NCBI GenBank assembly: GCA_051294905.1
Contig: CM119375.1
Location: 24,118,001-24,182,000, forward strand
Length of the DNA stretch: 64,000 nt
Origin: Botryllus schlosseri
Lineage: Eukaryota
Reading direction: 5' to 3'
Below the pieces are notes generated by a model that was not told the origin of the DNA, did no database searches, and saw nothing but the letters and a program-made list of their open reading frames with translations. Of the stretch, positions 36,431-49,740 are shown piece by piece; positions within the stretch are counted from its first letter, which is position 1, and each line of letters starts with the position of its first letter. The position numbers were made by a program, and so were the translations under genes.

Positions 36431-37148
36431 ATCCGCCTATTACTGAGCCCTACCCAGTCGATGACCCAATAACGACACAATATAGTAAACATGTGCGAGG
36501 AATTTCACAAGTAACCAGGGTTGTTAGCACGACGGAGGCATAAATTCAACCATTATCCGTGTACCAAGCAGTTGCCAAAGTCGGAGGTTGTTAATTTCGA
36601 CATATTGACTATGTGGGAAGCTAAAGCACGAACCGGGACACAGGCACAGACACACACACACACCAGGACACGCAATATTCGTCGATTTCCAAAGCATACA
36701 TTTCGATATACAAGAGAGTGTATTGTTATTTCATCTGGTTAACCAATGATATAGACGTGACGCAACGCAACCAATGCCGGTATACTCTGAAATCGGTTGT
36801 CCGTTTTTATTTTCGTCACTATACGTTGTAACCAATTTCAAAGTGTCGCCAACCACAAATACCAAATTGATGCGTGTGGTTGTCCGATTTCAAAACGAAA
36901 ATGTATTTTTACTAGGGTATGCGGTGTGTGTTCAATGTTACCCAGGGTGTGAATAGTCATCGGATTAAAACTCATACAGCTGACTGCGACGGGGTAGTGG
37001 TAAATATATTGCAAACCTTTCGGTGACTTGAGAAGATTTTATTTTATTTTTCGGTGATGTAGCAGTCGGATTAAGACCTGGACAGCTGGCGTTCGTGACA
37101 AGTGGTAAATATACGGCAAAACTTCGAGTTACTTGGGGGGGGGGGGAA

Positions 37149-37378
37149 TTTAGCGGTTGTCGGATTAGATTATTACTGATGTAACCAGGTTGTTATAATA
37201 TTACTTATTGATCATTCATCGCTTCTCAGATATTTTATTATTATTTTTTTCATACGCTCAGTAAGATTTGTAACGTTTAGGACGCGAGCTCGAGTGGATG
37301 ATCAGATCATTCAGAAAACCTAATCGGTTTATTCGTATAGCGATTCATAGTATTAAGTTATCATGGAATTACATAACA
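37149..37378 (+). mobile_element. Probable 3' LTR of the Gypsy element
   Basis: Polypurine tract G12AA (37135-37148), then t(t)tagcgg (TGT decayed) and an end in ...cataaca. No second LTR is present to confirm. Confidence 0.5.
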
Positions 37379-37512
37379 CGAATCGAGTTGTAGACCACGA
37401 ATTCGGTTATATCACCAGACCAATGTGGATTGTGCGATTTCTCTAAGCTTGTAATATTAATATGGAAGTGTAAATCGATACCCACCTATAGGGCAGATAG
37501 GTCACTTTATAT

Positions 37513-40500
37513 CAGTGCTTTCCAACATTTTTGAGCTCCATTCGCACTTTTTTTTTTGAAAAATAATTTCATTCGCACCAGTCAGCCGAAATTTAGTACA
37601 CGAAAAAAAATGAAGAAACGTATCACTTTTGTATGCGGAGAGCTTCTTGGAGGTACATAGCTTCATTATTTTGCATTCAGCGTAATTGATTAATCAAGCA
37701 CTAAAATTACAGCAGTAGAAAAATCACAACTATCGCACTCCCGTTGTTCTCGAGAAGTTCGTTGCATTTTCCGGGGGTATCGTGCAGTGATTTCATTCGA
37801 AGCTAGAAGAGAGAACCCAAGAACAATATTCACTCGCAACAATATCACTTTGCCTCCAAATCCAGATGTTACGTCATCGCGATGTGAATGTGTTCGCATT
37901 TAATGTGTTCGCATTTAGAACGCACAAAGTAGTGCAACTGCACTTGAATCGTAGCATCAGTGTTGCGACTATAGCACCTTTGGTTCATTTTCTGACAACA
38001 TTCGAAAAGATGCTTCGCGTACTAAGGTATGTTAGCTGATTGGATGGTACGGTGGGTGTTGAAATCAAGAATGCATTGCTATACAAACCCACACAATCCG
38101 ATTAAATGATGACTGTTATTTATGGATAAGCCTAGGCTTCATTCACTTCTTATTTATGCAGAACACGAATCAACATATCTTTCAATAACAACGTTCGTCA
38201 TCCTTGTGTTGTCAAAGCCAACACTTGCACCTTCTTGAATAATTACTACTTACATAACATTCATGATTAACACACAGTTATATCGGCCCGGGTAGCCAAC
38301 TGCGGGATGGCTCTTATAGGTCAATCGTACAATATTGGAAGACTGACTGAAATAATGCCAAATTATCGTTACTATCCCACATATCCTTATACATAAAGAG
38401 TAATAAGGTTCAACAATCTAATTAAGCCTAAATTACGCAGCAGAAGGAATATCGTAAGACATGCGGCTTGGTGGATTTGATTTTGCTCTGCAGAGGGTGA
38501 TCACTGCTCATCTGCTCAAGCTAAATCGGTAGAGTTCGGGATATTACAAAGTTTGTAGTACAAAGGCGGTACGAACACGAAGTAGGCAAACTTTTCCTAT
38601 GGATTAGCAAGCTCAGTGGCATCACCAATATGTTATATATAGGCCTATGCCTTTACGATCTAGAATTTGCCCGAGATAATCAGTCCAAGAACAGGAGAGC
38701 GTGTCTAAGCCTAAATGGTGGAGTTCGCATTACACAAACAGGCCGTTGCACTGGTCATTAGATAAACTGCGCAGTGACCTAATAATTCGATGTGATGCAA
38801 GATAAATATTCATTGGACGTAAGAAATATTCACTGGACGTAAGACACTAATGTGCTTACACTAATCTCATTTTTAACAGACTCTAATTCTTGGTTAGGTA
38901 TGAGTAAACAACACATGTTATAGATCTAATGTGCTAATTGTTATAGTTGAAGAAACGCTAAATTCTACTGTTTACCAACATGAATGTGTGACAAAATTCC
39001 AATATTTTGCATTCAAATATGCCAAATGTCAACACTGGCATCGGCCACTATCGCCTACATTCCTACAAGGTCCGTTACACGGTGGATGTTTCCGAGCAAC
39101 TGATACCGATTCCACTCCTTCTTTTTTCCATGCAGTGACGTAATCCTCTGGCGCGGTGAAATATTCTCTCAAACTTTGCAATATACAGTATATATACACA
39201 GACCAGTGATGAGCGGATGTTGGATTTCGAGAATCCGAATCCGTCCGACAGTTTTGGTGTCTGCGGAACTATCCGTCCGACTCCGGATAATCTCATCCAA
39301 CTATCCGAATTTATCCGGTAATCTCCTACAAGAATCCGAAAAATCCTTATCGAATGATGATATCGCAGAATATCAATTGTACTAATTGTATCTATGGAAT
39401 GAACAAAAATTGGAATTTCATTTATAGAAAAGTTAACGCAAAGAAACAACGCTACTAATTTGAAGTAAGTGTGCGAATGAAAGTGGTATCTCGATCAAAA
39501 GCAAATGTAAAATGACAAAGATTATTAGGCCATGGCCATATGTAACAATCAGGCATTTAACCATATCACCCAATATATATCAAGAAGTAATAGTAGCAAG
39601 TTGTGACCATGGAATTTCACAATCGGGAGATGGTCAATATTAGATGCAGATAAGCCACATTTTGCCCACAAGTGCTGGAAGGCGTGAAGGCCTGTTTAGT
39701 AGCAACTTGCTGATGCTTATAATACCTTTGGTCAATCAGTTCAAAGGTTCGAGCATGACGCTTATAGTCGTGTCACACAAGATGTGAATAATAGCACCAT
39801 CCTGATTCCTGAATGTCCCACAATCTGTCCAAATTTCCTCTCCAGTAGCTGGTTAGTAGTTGTCTTGCCGACTTGTTTATTGGACGAGGAGAAACTCATC
39901 TTCAACTGTGCTGTATCCTTGGCCTTTTGGATATGGTTTGTAAGGTTCATTGTACCACTTGATAACGTGTGGTGTTTCACTTGAACATAGAAATTATAGC
40001 ATTCAGCAGAGCCAGTGTCCCATAAATCCGGATGCAATCCCTCTACACTCCACTCTGGCTGTGCTATCTCTCAAGACGTCGACTTTCTTCAATCCATTAT
40101 AATTGAGAAACGAATCTCCGACAGTACGGAATCATAGCTCAAATCGACACTCAGACGAGGAGTTTGACAACATTCAAGGTCTTCAAATAATGCAATGCAC
40201 AATATGCACTAGTTGATGGAGCTCCACTCAAGAGATATGACGCATCATTAACGTACTGATCAACACTCCTGGGCGTTGACTTTCAAACTGTTTACATGGT
40301 CTCTCGTTGAAATCATATGGAAAAGCACCATAATCACGCTAAAGTCTTTTTTCACAATTCTTCAACTGAAATCAAATTTACTTAAACAGACCATTGCTTG
40401 ACAAAAAAACCAACAGCTTTTTCTTGTATGGCTCAGTGGTTCTGAATGATTGATTCCGTCAATCATATTGGAGAAAATATAGCAGCTGAAGGAAGGGAAG

Positions 40501-42063
40501 AGTAAGCAGGACAGTTGAGTAGGTTTGCTTTCGTTGTAACGGTATATAGGAATTCTGGATTTTATAGCCTTGTTATATGTTGTTAGTGTGCCTTAGTATG
40601 ATATGCATGTATCTTGAATGATTTCAAAGAGGCTGGTAGGCTGCTGTATCGTCAAGGCATCATTATATTAATTATCATACATTTTATCTATATATCTTCT
40701 TACATAATTTTCTATATAATTATCTGACTCCAGAAAGTTACTTGTACATGTTTGTATGCATATTCTTATTTGGTTGACCGGGCTGCAAGTGTGTGAATAG
40801 CTGTTAACTCGATGTGCCAAGCTGACAAGAAGTCCAAGTCCACACTGGGAATACCTTCTCACAGAATGGAGTTATTACATTGTTGAACGTCATCAGGATA
40901 TATTCCGTTATGATCATGAACTGCTGAAAGACTCATGGTAGCCAAAGATTGTGCCATAGCACAAGCACCGCTGTATAGTGTTGATCGAAAGGGTATCATA
41001 CAGCTTCTGTGGCAGCATTAAAATCATTCATGCTACAAGTACGCAAAGAGGGATTTGACTTACCGCTATATTAATCTACAGAAGACTGCCACAACAACAA
41101 TTTGAGGATTCTAGAAATTGTATGCCCTATTGTGACATTCATCAGCAATGGGTTAAAAAACTACATGTGAAGGCGAGAAGCAAACGCAGTTTTGTGACTG
41201 ATGTTGAAACTATACCTTCAATTTTGCGAACTTCAGACACTGCTCTGCGAGAATACCGTACTGATGATAACCATGTCAGGCGAGCTCATGTCCAATCATA
41301 CCATCTTTTATCAGTTCACGTATTATATATCGTTAGACTGGCAAGTATGGTATACTTTGTGTTTTAGCTAATAATTCTGATAACATGGCTGATCTTATAG
41401 TATTGTCTATTCTTGAATGGTTAGAATGGTAGTGGCAATAGTTGATCTATATTATCTTGGACTCTTGACAAACATTTTTAGACTGCTACCAGTCATATCG
41501 CAAGGTGTCAGCTGTCTGTAATTGGTTATTGAATTGATGACTTCTTTCTATAGGCCTGTAATCAAATCTCACATAAGGTTACAACTATCCGGAAATATCC
41601 TATCAAAAGTTACAACTATCCGACAATATCCGGAAAAATATTTGTGATAATATCCGAGTCCTATCCGACTGCCACAAAATCGTCTAATATCCGGTCCGAA
41701 TACCATCCGAGTCCGTCCGATGCTCATCACTGACACAGACACACGCATCGTGAGCGTTCCTCACTTGTGAACTAGAAAAGCCTAGCTACCAACGAATTTT
41801 TAGAATTGTTTCCAATCGACAAAATTTACGGGCTCACTGTACTTAATATCGTGTTTAGTCTATTTGAATTACTCCACGTCGGAAAAAGTGAGAAACATGG
41901 ACAATTTTCATTCGCACTCATCTGGATTTTTCATTCGCACCATTCGCACCACGCTTGCCGTTCGCACTCATCCGGATTTTTCATTCGCACCATTCTTGTC
42001 ATTCGCACTGAAATTTTTTTCATTCGCACTAGTGCGAACCGTCACACAGGTTGAAAAGCACTG
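37513..42063 (+). mobile_element. hAT transposon (TIR CAGTGCTTTYCAAC), degenerate, with a nested hAT
   Basis: Perfect TSD CTTTATAT (37505-37512, 42064-42071) and ttcgca subterminal repeats at both ends. Dimerisation-domain-like remnant CQIIVTIP / RFNNLIKPKLRSR at ~38350-38440. Confidence 0.9.
39204..41732 (-). mobile_element. hAT transposon (TIR CAGTGATGAGC) with BED-finger remnant
   Basis: Perfect TSD ACACAGAC (39196-39203, 41733-41740) and atccga subterminal repeats. Minus strand reads TGSAEC...VKHHTLSSGTMNLTNH (~39930-40030). Confidence 0.9.
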
Positions 42064-42160
42064 CTTTATATTATTGCATATCCTTATAGGAATAACCGTA
42101 TGCATTCGAAGTTTTTTCTCGACAGTTCGCTCAACAAGAACATTCGAATTATCTATAGAA

Positions 42161-42830
42161 ATGAACTCTTATCGATGTTGGGTTTGTGCGATCCAGTTCG
42201 GGAAGAAAAATACTCTGAAAGTACTCTTAGCGACACACACCGACGTCAAGAAGCACGAATGCGAGATTTGAAGTCGAAGATTCCTTCAAAAAGGAAATCT
42301 CAAAACGCACATTATGAGACACTTCGACGTAAAGAATCACGGTTGCGAGGTTTGCGGAAGACATTTTGCTAAAAAAAGCACATTGAACACTCACGCACTC
42401 ACGCATGCTGCGGTAAAATATATCTACGGCTGCAACACCAATGGGTGCGGGTTCGAGTCTGACCAAGGTCGACTTCCGAATTCTGATACCTGGAGGTTTA
42501 CCTAGGCTCCTCCTCGCCACCTTATCCGCGTCAGCGGTGTCTTACAAAAGCCTAGAGGTGGGCCGTGCTATAAGTCGGCAGTTACGGAAAAATAAGAAGA
42601 ATATCGGCCTGGTGTAAATGACCATAGTAGTCGACAAACACCATGAATACCCCAAACAAACAATCTACGGCTGTGAGATTTGTGAAAAATATTTCGCGTG
42701 GACAAGTGATCTACACCACCATTTGCTAACACATATCGAGTGTAAAAAACACGGTTGCTATATTTATGGGACACGTTTTACTTCCCAACCATCTTTGAAA
42801 AGACATCTCGCAACTCATTTATGCAGCTAG
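42161..42830 (+). pseudogene. Five-finger C2H2 zinc-finger pseudogene, split by a SINE
   Basis: YRCWVC...LATH; HECEI*...THIMRH; HGCEVC...HALTH; YGCEIC...HLLTH; HGCYIY...HLATH. One in-frame TGA at 42269. Removing 42433-42673 restores the frame. Confidence 0.88.
42433..42662 (+). mobile_element. 5'-truncated tRNA-derived SINE
   Basis: B-box GGTTCGAGTC (~42450-42459), (caaa)n tail, and an 11-bp TSD ATCTACGGCTG (42422-42432, 42663-42673). Confidence 0.8.
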
Positions 42831-43069
42831 ATCCTGTGTTTTTTGATTATTTACCAATGTAAATAAATATTCATCGAAGTTGTGAATTCATCGTGTCGCT
42901 GTATATCTGGAACATTCTCGAGTTATTAGGTATGGGTTCACTGAAAGGCGCTGATTGAGCTCAGTGGGAGGGGTGCTTCAGTGTAGGTACATCTAACCGA
43001 CTTACGCGTCGGTCTCCGAAGTCGGTGATGCAAGAGAGATGAGTCTATATCTAGTTGATTGGTATGTCT

Positions 43070-43600
43070 TTTTATTGGTGTTCGACTACTGGAGCCTTGT
43101 ACACCAGACCGAAAGTTTGATTAGAACAAGACTTTTCTAACTTACTCGAGTCGACAGGAGTGTGAATTCTAGAATAGGTGTTGTAGTGAAAGGATTAGTA
43201 AGAATTTTTTGATAATACAATGTTTACGTCGTGGTTCCGTGCAGCTTCGATAATAGATTGTCTATCAGTCACGTATCTCGAGTATTTTAGTAGGAAATGT
43301 TCCACTGATTCAGGTTGTCGACCAGTTCCCGTAATTCGTTGTCACAACCCCTGACTCTGTGTAAATGTTCATCCAGCTCGCGGATGACAGTTAGGAGTTT
43401 ATGTGTAAATGTTCATCCAGCTCGCGGTGGACAGTTAGGAGTTTAAAGCCGCAACAAAGACCTCATGAAAATCGATTAAGAACTTTTCCATCTTTCACAC
43501 GTTCAGGTAAATCTAGTCAATTTTCATGTCACTCGGGTTATAGTCCGCAACACAACTAAATAAGTAAAACCCGGCTCTGGAAAATTGTTGGTCGGTGTGC
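43070..43600 (-). mobile_element. LINE ORF2 3' fragment (CCHC-knuckle region)
   Basis: Minus strand reads LLTV(H/I)RELDEHLHRV...ESVEHFLLKYSRYVTDR, matching H..LN.HL.R...ESVEHFLL.C..Y...R. Carries a 44-bp tandem duplication at 43358-43445. Confidence 0.7.
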
Positions 43601-43619
43601 AAAGGTTAGCAATGTTTTT

Positions 43620-46600
43620 TTAATATAGTTCCACCTTCTAGTTATTTTGATGTGACCAAAAATCATTCGGTAACTCACCGCTTCTCGTTAGTAAATTGTT
43701 TGTGCGTTAGATTCGTATAACGTAAGTCGAATACGTATGTACTCTATTGTTGGAGTAACTAGATTACTACGATGTCATCGATAGGTCTCTCAAGCAGTGA
43801 CTATGATTTTGTTTCTGAAAGATGTCGCGGCGTCGATATAATATTTCCTAAAAGTGAAACTTGGAAGATGCCGTGAATGTGTGTGGTTTACGATAAACAT
43901 ATATTGTATACATACAACGTTGTTACAAGAATTACGATATTCCCGTGTACTAGATCTGTGTTGGGTTATTTGAATATGATTTATTGTTATGATATTGACA
44001 GAACCCTTGGGTAGTAACTATGCTTTTCTTTTACGAAAGTTTACGCGATGCGGTGTAATGAATGTGTGAACCAACTCGGCTAGATATTGCGGTTGTGTGG
44101 GACTTACGTACGGTATTCACATATCGTATACATACAAACTTTTTATGTAAAAACTACGATGTTTCTGCAAGTACTAGCTCTGCGTTGAACTGTGTGGATA
44201 TCAAGATACGTTGGAACATTCATGTTAAAAAATGTAGAGTCTAACTAAACATTCTATAGTTTGAAACTGTAAGCAATCAATCATACTAAAGTTTTCACGG
44301 TATGAGAAATATCGAGTAGCGTCGAGATTGTAGTAATTGTATGTACTCGCGTAATCTAGTCTACTTTTCATATGGATACTCTTTGAGTTGGTTGGTGAGT
44401 TGCAAATAGATTTACTTGTCAATGTTTTTATTTATTGGTTGACTCTTTGAGTACGGTAAGATGTTGAAATGTTGAGGCGTAACACTATTTCCGTTAACTC
44501 AATTGCAACAAAAAGTAACCAGGTGACTTGTTCGTGGGGTTCGATCTTTTGTTTCAAATCAATATATGAATAATCAGCTATTGTGACAAGTTGAAATGCT
44601 ACAACCCTACTTCAAATCGCGATATGGGTAAGTAGTTTGAAATATGTCGATTCCGTTTTTCTCAACTCACCGCATCGCAACTCGATCGCGTTATGCGTGA
44701 GTGGTCGCGTTCTGATTTAAAACACGAGACGAGGATGAATGATTTGTTTTATTCAAATAAAAATACTTTTGTGTCGGTGTCTAGAAATGTAATTTGTATG
44801 AATGACATAAACAACAACGAATCTACAATTTGAAATGCTACTTTTAACAGGTAGTCTGTCGACTTGTATTCTAATATTCACAGATGAACGGTTTTTAAAA
44901 TCGCGGCGGTGTTTTTTGTTATACGACTGTTATCATCAAACAAATATGTGGTTTGTTTCAAGTCTTACGATTAGGCAATTTCTTTCATGGTTGGAATAAG
45001 ACGAAAGTTTGTTATTACGAGTTCAATGATATTCTCTATCGACGACTGTAAATAACCCGACAGCTACAAACGGATTTAAAACTTGATACAGTTTTGGGGT
45101 TAACTCAAGTCGGTGACCAATGACCATGTTTGCGCTGATTTCAAGAATGAGCATGACGAGTTAGTTATTACCACATTAATTAAACTATCAGCTATGTCGT
45201 AAAGAGTTGTTGACATTCAAATATCTTTTACGCTGTAATATACGGATTCACTTGTGTTAATTTAATTTTTAGTCTCTGATCGAGCGTGTATTCAAATCTC
45301 GTATACTCAAAATATAATATGTTTATGTCAAGTCGTATATGCATCGACAAGTAAACACTTTGTCTTACATAATAGTAACGAGATTTACAGTTGAATAAAA
45401 AGACCGGTAATATGAATACAGCCAGGATGAATTATTCATGTTTGCAAGTTGTAGTGATATATGCAAGTAAGTCAAAATCGGATTTAACACTTGCGAATGT
45501 TGTTGCGAATAATTCTTTTGAGTGTGGTAAGATATTGAAATGTCAGGATGCACTAGCGCTTTCATTTCCCTAAACTCAATTGCAACAAAAATAATTGTAG
45601 ACCAATGATAGAGTTAAAGTTTCAACGTGCTTTTTCAAATCAATGTGTGAATAATCCGATAAACACACCGTCAACATTCTTAATATTATTGAGATAAGAC
45701 ATTACCATGTTTACATTCTTAATATTATTGATATAACACATTACCATGTTTACAGACTTTGAATAATATTATATTGATGTAAGTGACAAATTAGCGCGCT
45801 CGGGTACGATTCAACTTGAATTGTGTAGTGAGTTTGATCGTGAAAAGGATTAACTCACAAAGGACTAGAGTTATAACATAAAGCATCAAGTTGTTGTTTT
45901 CGAATCTCGATGTCAAAGTGGTAAATTTACGCATTCGGATACGATGCAACTTCAGTTGTTTAGTGGAACATTATCTTGTCAGCGACCATGGGATTTTACA
46001 ATTATTTCACACTTTTTTTGAATGAGCGCAAACATCGCCGAGGGGGTTAGAGCAGAACTAAGTAAGTGAGTATTTGTCGGTATTCGAATCACCGTCTGCG
46101 ACGGTTCTGTTATTCGTTACTTATTAAATCTTACCGGCAAAATCCAGTTCTGTGACATGCTGATTATCAAAATATTACATTGAGAGCGATTGGTATGTAT
46201 GTAGCAGAAAGCCGCGCTAGAGCTGGCTATGTCTAAGGCTGTTATCTTGTGGGTGATCGTAGGATTTGCAATATAATTCACACCTTATTGAAGTGTTAGC
46301 TTGTGAGCGGGGTTCTTGTTGGTATTGGAATAACCGTCTACGCCGGCTCTGTGCCAAATCGCGACTTAATGCTGCGACTGTGACCAGCAGACTATTCTGT
46401 AGGTGCGAAACAGCGGTATGGAAGGTGCGAATAATCCGATCTGAAAGTTGGTATTATTCAGGCTACGTACGAATCAATAGACAGCGACGAAAGACTTGGA
46501 AGTAGAATGCGATCGGTCATTTGTCACGACTCGATATTAGAACCGTGTGAGCGATCCCTATACCTGTAACGTTATCATGTCGCCATTCATTTTTTTGCTA
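43620..46600 (+). other. Unidentified degenerate sequence, arm B (inverted homologue of 30850-34700)
   Basis: See arm A. Also has an internal paralogous module at 44445-44580 vs 45510-45660. Confidence 0.75.
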
Positions 46601-46779
46601 TCTTCGACCGTTAACGCTCTGTGGGGTTGGGTGGAAGGGCTGAGGTATGACTTAAGTGCACTATGTAGTTAATAGCACAAATCACATATTCGATGATAAT
46701 CTGTATCACACGCAACAAGCCAGAAGAAATATTTAATTAGCCCTGTCTCATCGCATGCATTTGCCTCGCGGGCACCTGA

Positions 46780-47400
46780 ACAAAACAATAGACATAACTG
46801 ATATATTCGTTAGTTATCAATACGATAAAATCGGGTGCACAATCCGCGGATATACACGAGTGGTATGTAGGCTAATCCGTGATAACTCCTCACTGAGCAG
46901 CTTCCTGTTTACTGATAACACAATATTGTGGACACAGGTAGATCCTACATCGCAATCAACGTATTTCTGTATTCACGTGGTCAATGAGCGAAGACTTCTG
47001 GCTGAACTGTGCTCACACGAACTACGCCAATAAACTCTTCGTCGTGTTACACTGTTCCCGAGCCTTCTCGCAGTAATCGCCACGGAACACATAACTCAAT
47101 CCAGGAGTATCTATATTAGTGCGAAGCGGATCGACAAATTCTCTGGTCCTAATCCATTCCTGTTCTTTAAAGCTCTGGTCCGACTCCCGTGCGACTCCTA
47201 GGCCGGATTCTAGAAATGACCGTGATCAGGTCCGAAAATCTCCGATCATAATTATCTACTCCTACAGGATGGTATTGAATATTGATTGAAACAATAAAAG
47301 AAGGACATTCAAACTCAATTAATTCAGATAAGGGTTGAATTTTTATCTTTATGTCAAATTGGACTTAACATGAGGTTTATTTCCATGAACGTTTCACTTT
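46780..47400 (-). mobile_element. Possible L1/Tx1-type LINE endonuclease remnant
   Basis: Frameshifted fragments IIMIGDF, FVDPLRTN...LSY, SLIDH and NRKLL occur in APE-domain order. Confidence 0.42.
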
Positions 47401-47431
47401 AAGTATTGTAAGGCTGTCATATTCTTGGTAA

Positions 47432-47565
47432 AAAGTACTGATCCGGATCCGATCCGACTCCGGCCGTATCTCAAAAAGTACCGATCAGGCTCAGAACCGG
47501 CTCCGGCTAAAATTGAGAAAACCCGGCCGGATATCCAATCCGGTTCCGGTCCATGTTCCGCCCTA
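47432..47565. repeat. ATCCGG-repeat MITE right end
   Basis: Clustered atccgg/ccggat motifs ending gttccgcccta. Confidence 0.55.
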
Positions 47566-48526
47566 ATCTATGATTCCCAACCGCAGCTCTTGCTGATCTT
47601 TGTTGCCACTGAATATTCCATAAAGCTATAAAAATATAAAACACAGTTGCTGTTTCTTTTCATAGATAGCTCTTGTCTATCTCTCTATTTCAGTGCAAAA
47701 ATAACTGATATTAGTTTTGTCTAGGGCTATAGGTCGTTCAATGCACCTTAAGAAATCGGGAAGATAATTCCTGCAGACCAGCGTCAATACCATAGACGAA
47801 TTCCCGTAACATACCCGAATATATCTTCAGTTTTACTGGTGATGAACTAATTATAATAGATTGTTTCTGTGAAGAGCCCATGCCCATATAGTTTTACTAA
47901 CATCACAACAGCGGATAAGACTAACGCAAATCACAATAAGTCCAATGTTAATCACTTAATCTGCGTACATTCTCCCCGGAAACTTGTGCATATCTATGAA
48001 AAGCTGTCACATAACGCCATGTATCTTACGTTGTAGTATTCGTATGTTTTTGCAATTTGTTCCATGGAAGAGCCCTCGCCAATCCGCGTCTCTCAATGCT
48101 AAAATAACCGATATCGAATATATAGAAGTCTATGCGTGCATGCGTGTGACTGTGTATGCTATCGGTATCGCCTCTATTATGCCAAAAGTGTCCAGTAGGC
48201 GTTAATGATACACCAAGTATAGATTTAAAAAATGGATAATGCGATACGTTGTTGAGTTTGATCGGCCTGACGCTACTGAAAATATTTCAAATTCACGATG
48301 CATCTTCCATCACGACAACGCGGAATCAATATGATGACATGAATGAATTAGAATTTGGTAAACATAATATTCTCATACTGACTTTGTGCAGCATGTGGTG
48401 ATTGTTCAAGACACTTGGTTGATTACTGATTACTGTAATTAGTTTACTTCGCCCTGTTCATTCTGTTTGTACTTCAGTTGCTTATGTCTGTATGCTTGGA
48501 AGTGCATGTCTTAGTTCCGTTTAGAC

Positions 48527-48806
48527 CAGTGGTTCCCAACGTGGGCGATATCGCCCCCCAGGGGGCGATTTGGCGATCTAGGGGGGTGAAATTTTTTTTT
48601 TTTAGTCATCCACCTAGCAATTCGGAGAGAAAAAACGTTATTTTCAGCTCTGAGCAGAGACAGATGACCTTTTTTTTTTTTTTTTAGTCAACCCGCCGGT
48701 GATCACAGCCTGTATGCCCAATTATCGGTGCACAAAATTTGGGGGGCGATGATCGGTGTTGACCTTGAAAAGGGGGCGATGGGGCGAAAAAGGTTGGGAA
48801 CCACTG
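48527..48806. mobile_element. CAGTGGTTCCC Charlie/Buster-type MITE
   Basis: TIR cagtggttcccaac. Perfect TSD GTTTAGAC (48519-48526, 48807-48814). Confidence 0.93.
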
Positions 48807-48983
48807 GTTTAGACTGTAGTCGAATTTCAGTAATTAAAAACCTAGAAAGCTCTATCAGGCAAATTCGTCTATGACTACGCTTTCCTCGAAAGGTCACAAC
48901 ACAGCATACGGTCAGTGTATATCGTGAGTATGGCATCCTCATCATTTTGATATCGTCCTCCATAGCGCGCACGCATATTATGG

Positions 48984-49253
48984 TCGCGAGTAGCGTAGTC
49001 GTCAGTCCATTCATCAACTTCAATAAGTTGCAGGTTCGAATCCGACATACTTGGCCCCCTCACTTATATGTTGAGCGGGTAATCCAGGCCCGTAATCGCT
49101 ATTCAATGCACATAAACGGTGTGTTTGTAAACGATAAGAACGAAGGTTGGCCATTTTGTAAGTAGGCAAGGTCGGGAGTCATTTAAAGAATAACGTAGGA
49201 CTTTGTAAAATGACCACAGATGTACAAGCATGATGAGTACTAAAACAACAACA
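48984..49253 (+). mobile_element. tRNA-derived SINE
   Basis: A-box TAGCGTAGTCG (48991-49001), B-box GGTTCGAATCC (49033-49043), and an aaaacaacaac tail. The 3' motif tgtaaa(a)tgacca is shared with the 42433 SINE. Confidence 0.65.
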
Positions 49254-49259
49254 TCAGCT

Positions 49260-49740
49260 ATTTCCGCCCTTCTCGGGGTCAAAATCGAAACCCCGAGACG
49301 ATAGCGCCAACGCTAAAACTGTTTATTGTTCAAAATGCAGCGCAGAATGCAGCGTAGAATATTTTGTACAGACTTAGAAATTTCCACCCAGGCAGAAATC
49401 GCGCAATATTTCAGCATGTTGTAATTGACTTCTAGGTATATTCAATTTATCAATACAAGAGCTTCACGGCAGGTCGATCACCTCGACGGAGTTGCACACA
49501 CCGACGATTTTTCATAAAATGTTTATTCTGTTTATCTTTTACACGAAGGACGTTATCTTGTACACGAAGGATGTTACGCTTATCAGGAGAACGATGATTG
49601 CTGAAGTCCATAGGAAGACAACGGCGAATGTCCGCGCAAGCAAGTTGATTACAACCTAATCCGAAAAACAACTGCATATTACTGTCTCTACCATACATAA
49701 TGAGACCCGGCGATAACAGAACCTCTTCTATTCTATACAT
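49260..49740 (-). mobile_element. Possible BEL/Pao integrase C-terminal remnant
   Basis: LLSPGLIMYGR...QDNVLRVKD...RPAVKLL resembles the LTP.H...GR / vGD.VL / RP..KL pattern. Weak. Confidence 0.35.

Noticed and set aside
48290-48345. IFHHDNA, a mariner-like catalytic motif
   Set aside because: Isolated 7-aa match with no flanking transposase motifs or TIRs.
48984-49060. tRNA gene
   Set aside because: A and B boxes are present but there is no cloverleaf or acceptor stem, and the sequence continues into a tailed body, so it is called a SINE.
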